Below, one piece after another: positions 62,052-64,000 of a DNA stretch of 64,000 nt; the stretch's first letter is position 1, and every line of letters begins with the position of its first letter. The translations under genes were made by a program, and so were the position numbers. Under the pieces are notes generated by a model. The model was not told the origin of the DNA and did not search any database. It worked only from the letters and a program-made list of their open reading frames with translations. Source of the stretch: Psammoneis japonica (lineage: Eukaryota); contig QPGO01000097.1 of NCBI GenBank assembly GCA_008632985.1, forward strand, positions 1 to 64,000, written 5' to 3'.

Positions 62052-64000
62052 AGAGCCACTTTATCATGCCGGCAGTGCAGTGCCACTCTATGTAGAGAGC
62101 AGCTAGTGCTGTGGAGGTAGACGGAAAGAATGCAACCCTGGGTGCAACTGCGCAGGGTCCAGCACTTCTTCTACAGGGTCACCAGGAAAGCACAGACACC
62201 GACTTCCGCTACATCAACCTGCAGCACCCTCCAAGACGCGCAGCTGCGAAGACAACCAAAAAAGAAAACGATCGCGACAATGGCCTCCCTTGCGTCGCTG
62301 ACACCTGTGTCTATTTTTGCCGTATTTTCCCGTTTCTTTTCGCAGCATTCGGAGCTTTTATACAAGCAACATGATGGGCTAGTGGTGCTGGCGTTGAGTT
62401 CAATCCGTCGAGGCGGATTTGTCGCTGAAGGTGCAGTGCAGAAATTGTGAGAATGCAGCATCAACATGACGGATTTTTGTGACACACTGTTGTGTCTTTC
62501 ATGTTGTTTCTCACTTCTTGTCATTGTTTTGACGTATGTGCTATAAGGTGTCCACGGGGCTTGGGTTTTTATGGTGCTGACTTTCTCTTCGGAACTTGTC
62601 GTTGAATGATCAAAATTGAGCTGCCACTGGAATTTATGGCAAAGAGTTGGCGGCAGTGACATCTCAACATCCCTTGGGCCGATTTTCGCGATTCTTGTTT
62701 CGTTGTTAATGGAAATTGTACAAGGAATCCAAGAGGCTTGGTTTTGTTGTGCAAAATTCCATTCTGTGCAGATGGATTCATTGGATGCCGTGCGCACAGA
62801 AATGATGCTTCAATTGGAAGGGGCGCTCCAGCGATGTTGTGGATTGAACAAGGAAGAATGAAGCCCTAGACACGCACTACATGTAACAAGAATATTAAAC
62901 ATGAATGTCAAACATGGCACGGGGTTTTTTACGTCAGTTGATCGTGTCGGGTTGCCTTGATTTGACAGAACATTCCACGGCACCAACCGGTTTGACATGT
63001 AGCTGGAAATTGGCTTCCTCCAGTGTTCCAACCAATTTGACCTTGCTTGCATGGGCAAGCTGTTGTCGCCTGGTTCGGGCGTTCCATGCGCCTTTAGACC
63101 CATCCACCACGACATCGTTGGGGGTTGTTTGAATGGCCTCTGGTTGGTGAAGTCTTGTTCACATTGACAAGTCACCCCGCCAAGAAATAACGTGAGTGCT
63201 ATCAAGGTTGGCTTGTAATACTTTTTAGACGGCATGGTCTCGGTTGTATTGTTGCATAAATCTATCAAAAACGCGACGTACCATGCAACAACCCGGTTGT
63301 TTCGATACGGGAAAAATTCCCGTGCTTCCTCTACAAGAACACGGAAGATACGGTCGCTGAAGTGGGGTAACGGTCAGTACAATGTGTAGAATTCAACGGA
63401 GAAATACTACGGAATACAACATGGGTTGTATTCCGGGATAATGTAGGAGTACTTCGTAGTCTACGGTAGAAGGCGTCGGGGCGATCGCGGTAAAAAATCG
63501 GGCTTCCCTGTGCTGCCCCCCGCAAATTAGCTACTACGTAAATTCTACGTGTTGCGAATGTGTGGCGGGGAGAAAAACGCCTGCCCCGTACCCCGTACAG
63601 GACACTGAGCTCCGGTCTAGTGCGTAGAATGTGTACTGGAGCCACCGTAGAAAAAATGACAGTTGGCTTGCGAACTTCAAAAAACAAACAACCAAGCAAA
63701 GCAACATCTCCTCCATGGCGAAGCTCCGAGCTACGCTAGCTATACTGTAAAGCCTCTCTATCATACGTAGTGTATCTGCATAACAGGAAATAAAATGGAA
63801 AACAACGCTGCCTTTCGCGGCCACGTGCAGTTTCAAACTGCCATAGAATCCCTCCGTGCCACCATGACCGATCAACGCCACAAGTACTACACCCGCAAGC
63901 GTGCGAATGAATGCTACAAGTGCCTCAAATTGCTTCCAGAAACAGAGGATTATCACCGGGATCTCAGTGAATTCAATGAACAGTATGAGAAGTCAGTCAT

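Noticed and set aside
62111..64000. Protein-coding genes right of the IR (62111-62861 and 63534-63956) and the hairpin at 63410-63435
   Set aside because: No recognisable domain and interrupted frames. The 11-bp stem has no supporting context.

Overview
Eukaryotic genomic DNA, very probably a diatom (short GT-AG introns; nuclear ALB3 with a bipartite signal peptide plus ASAAAF-AP plastid-targeting motif). Positions 1-23.3 kb are gene-dense: GT31 glycosyltransferase, WRAP53/TCAB1, soluble pyrophosphatase, Sec66-like, ALB3, GNB1L/Asa1, TenA-like, TRAPPC2, a small plastid protein, RBM22, RING1-like and LSm6. A ~2.7 kb degenerate repeat island interrupts this region at 4.5-7.2 kb. Positions 23.3-62.05 kb are a block of nested, decayed transposons bracketed by ~127-bp inverted repeats. 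It holds a full-length Ty3/Gypsy with LTRs and TSD, a DIRS/Ngaro-type tyrosine-recombinase retroelement, Copia and LINE fragments, and an N-gap. The main signal is a repeat-restricted hypermutation signature. TpA is almost eliminated (TpA->TpG/CpA, i.e. A->G on either strand), on top of ordinary CpG decay. It shows in TIR and LTR pair comparisons and in Tyr->Cys/His changes at invariant catalytic motifs. It is the opposite polarity to fungal RIP, spares TAA contexts, has sharp domain boundaries, and explains the dense Cys/His-rich spurious ORFs. All composition statements are by eye; no counts or searches were run.
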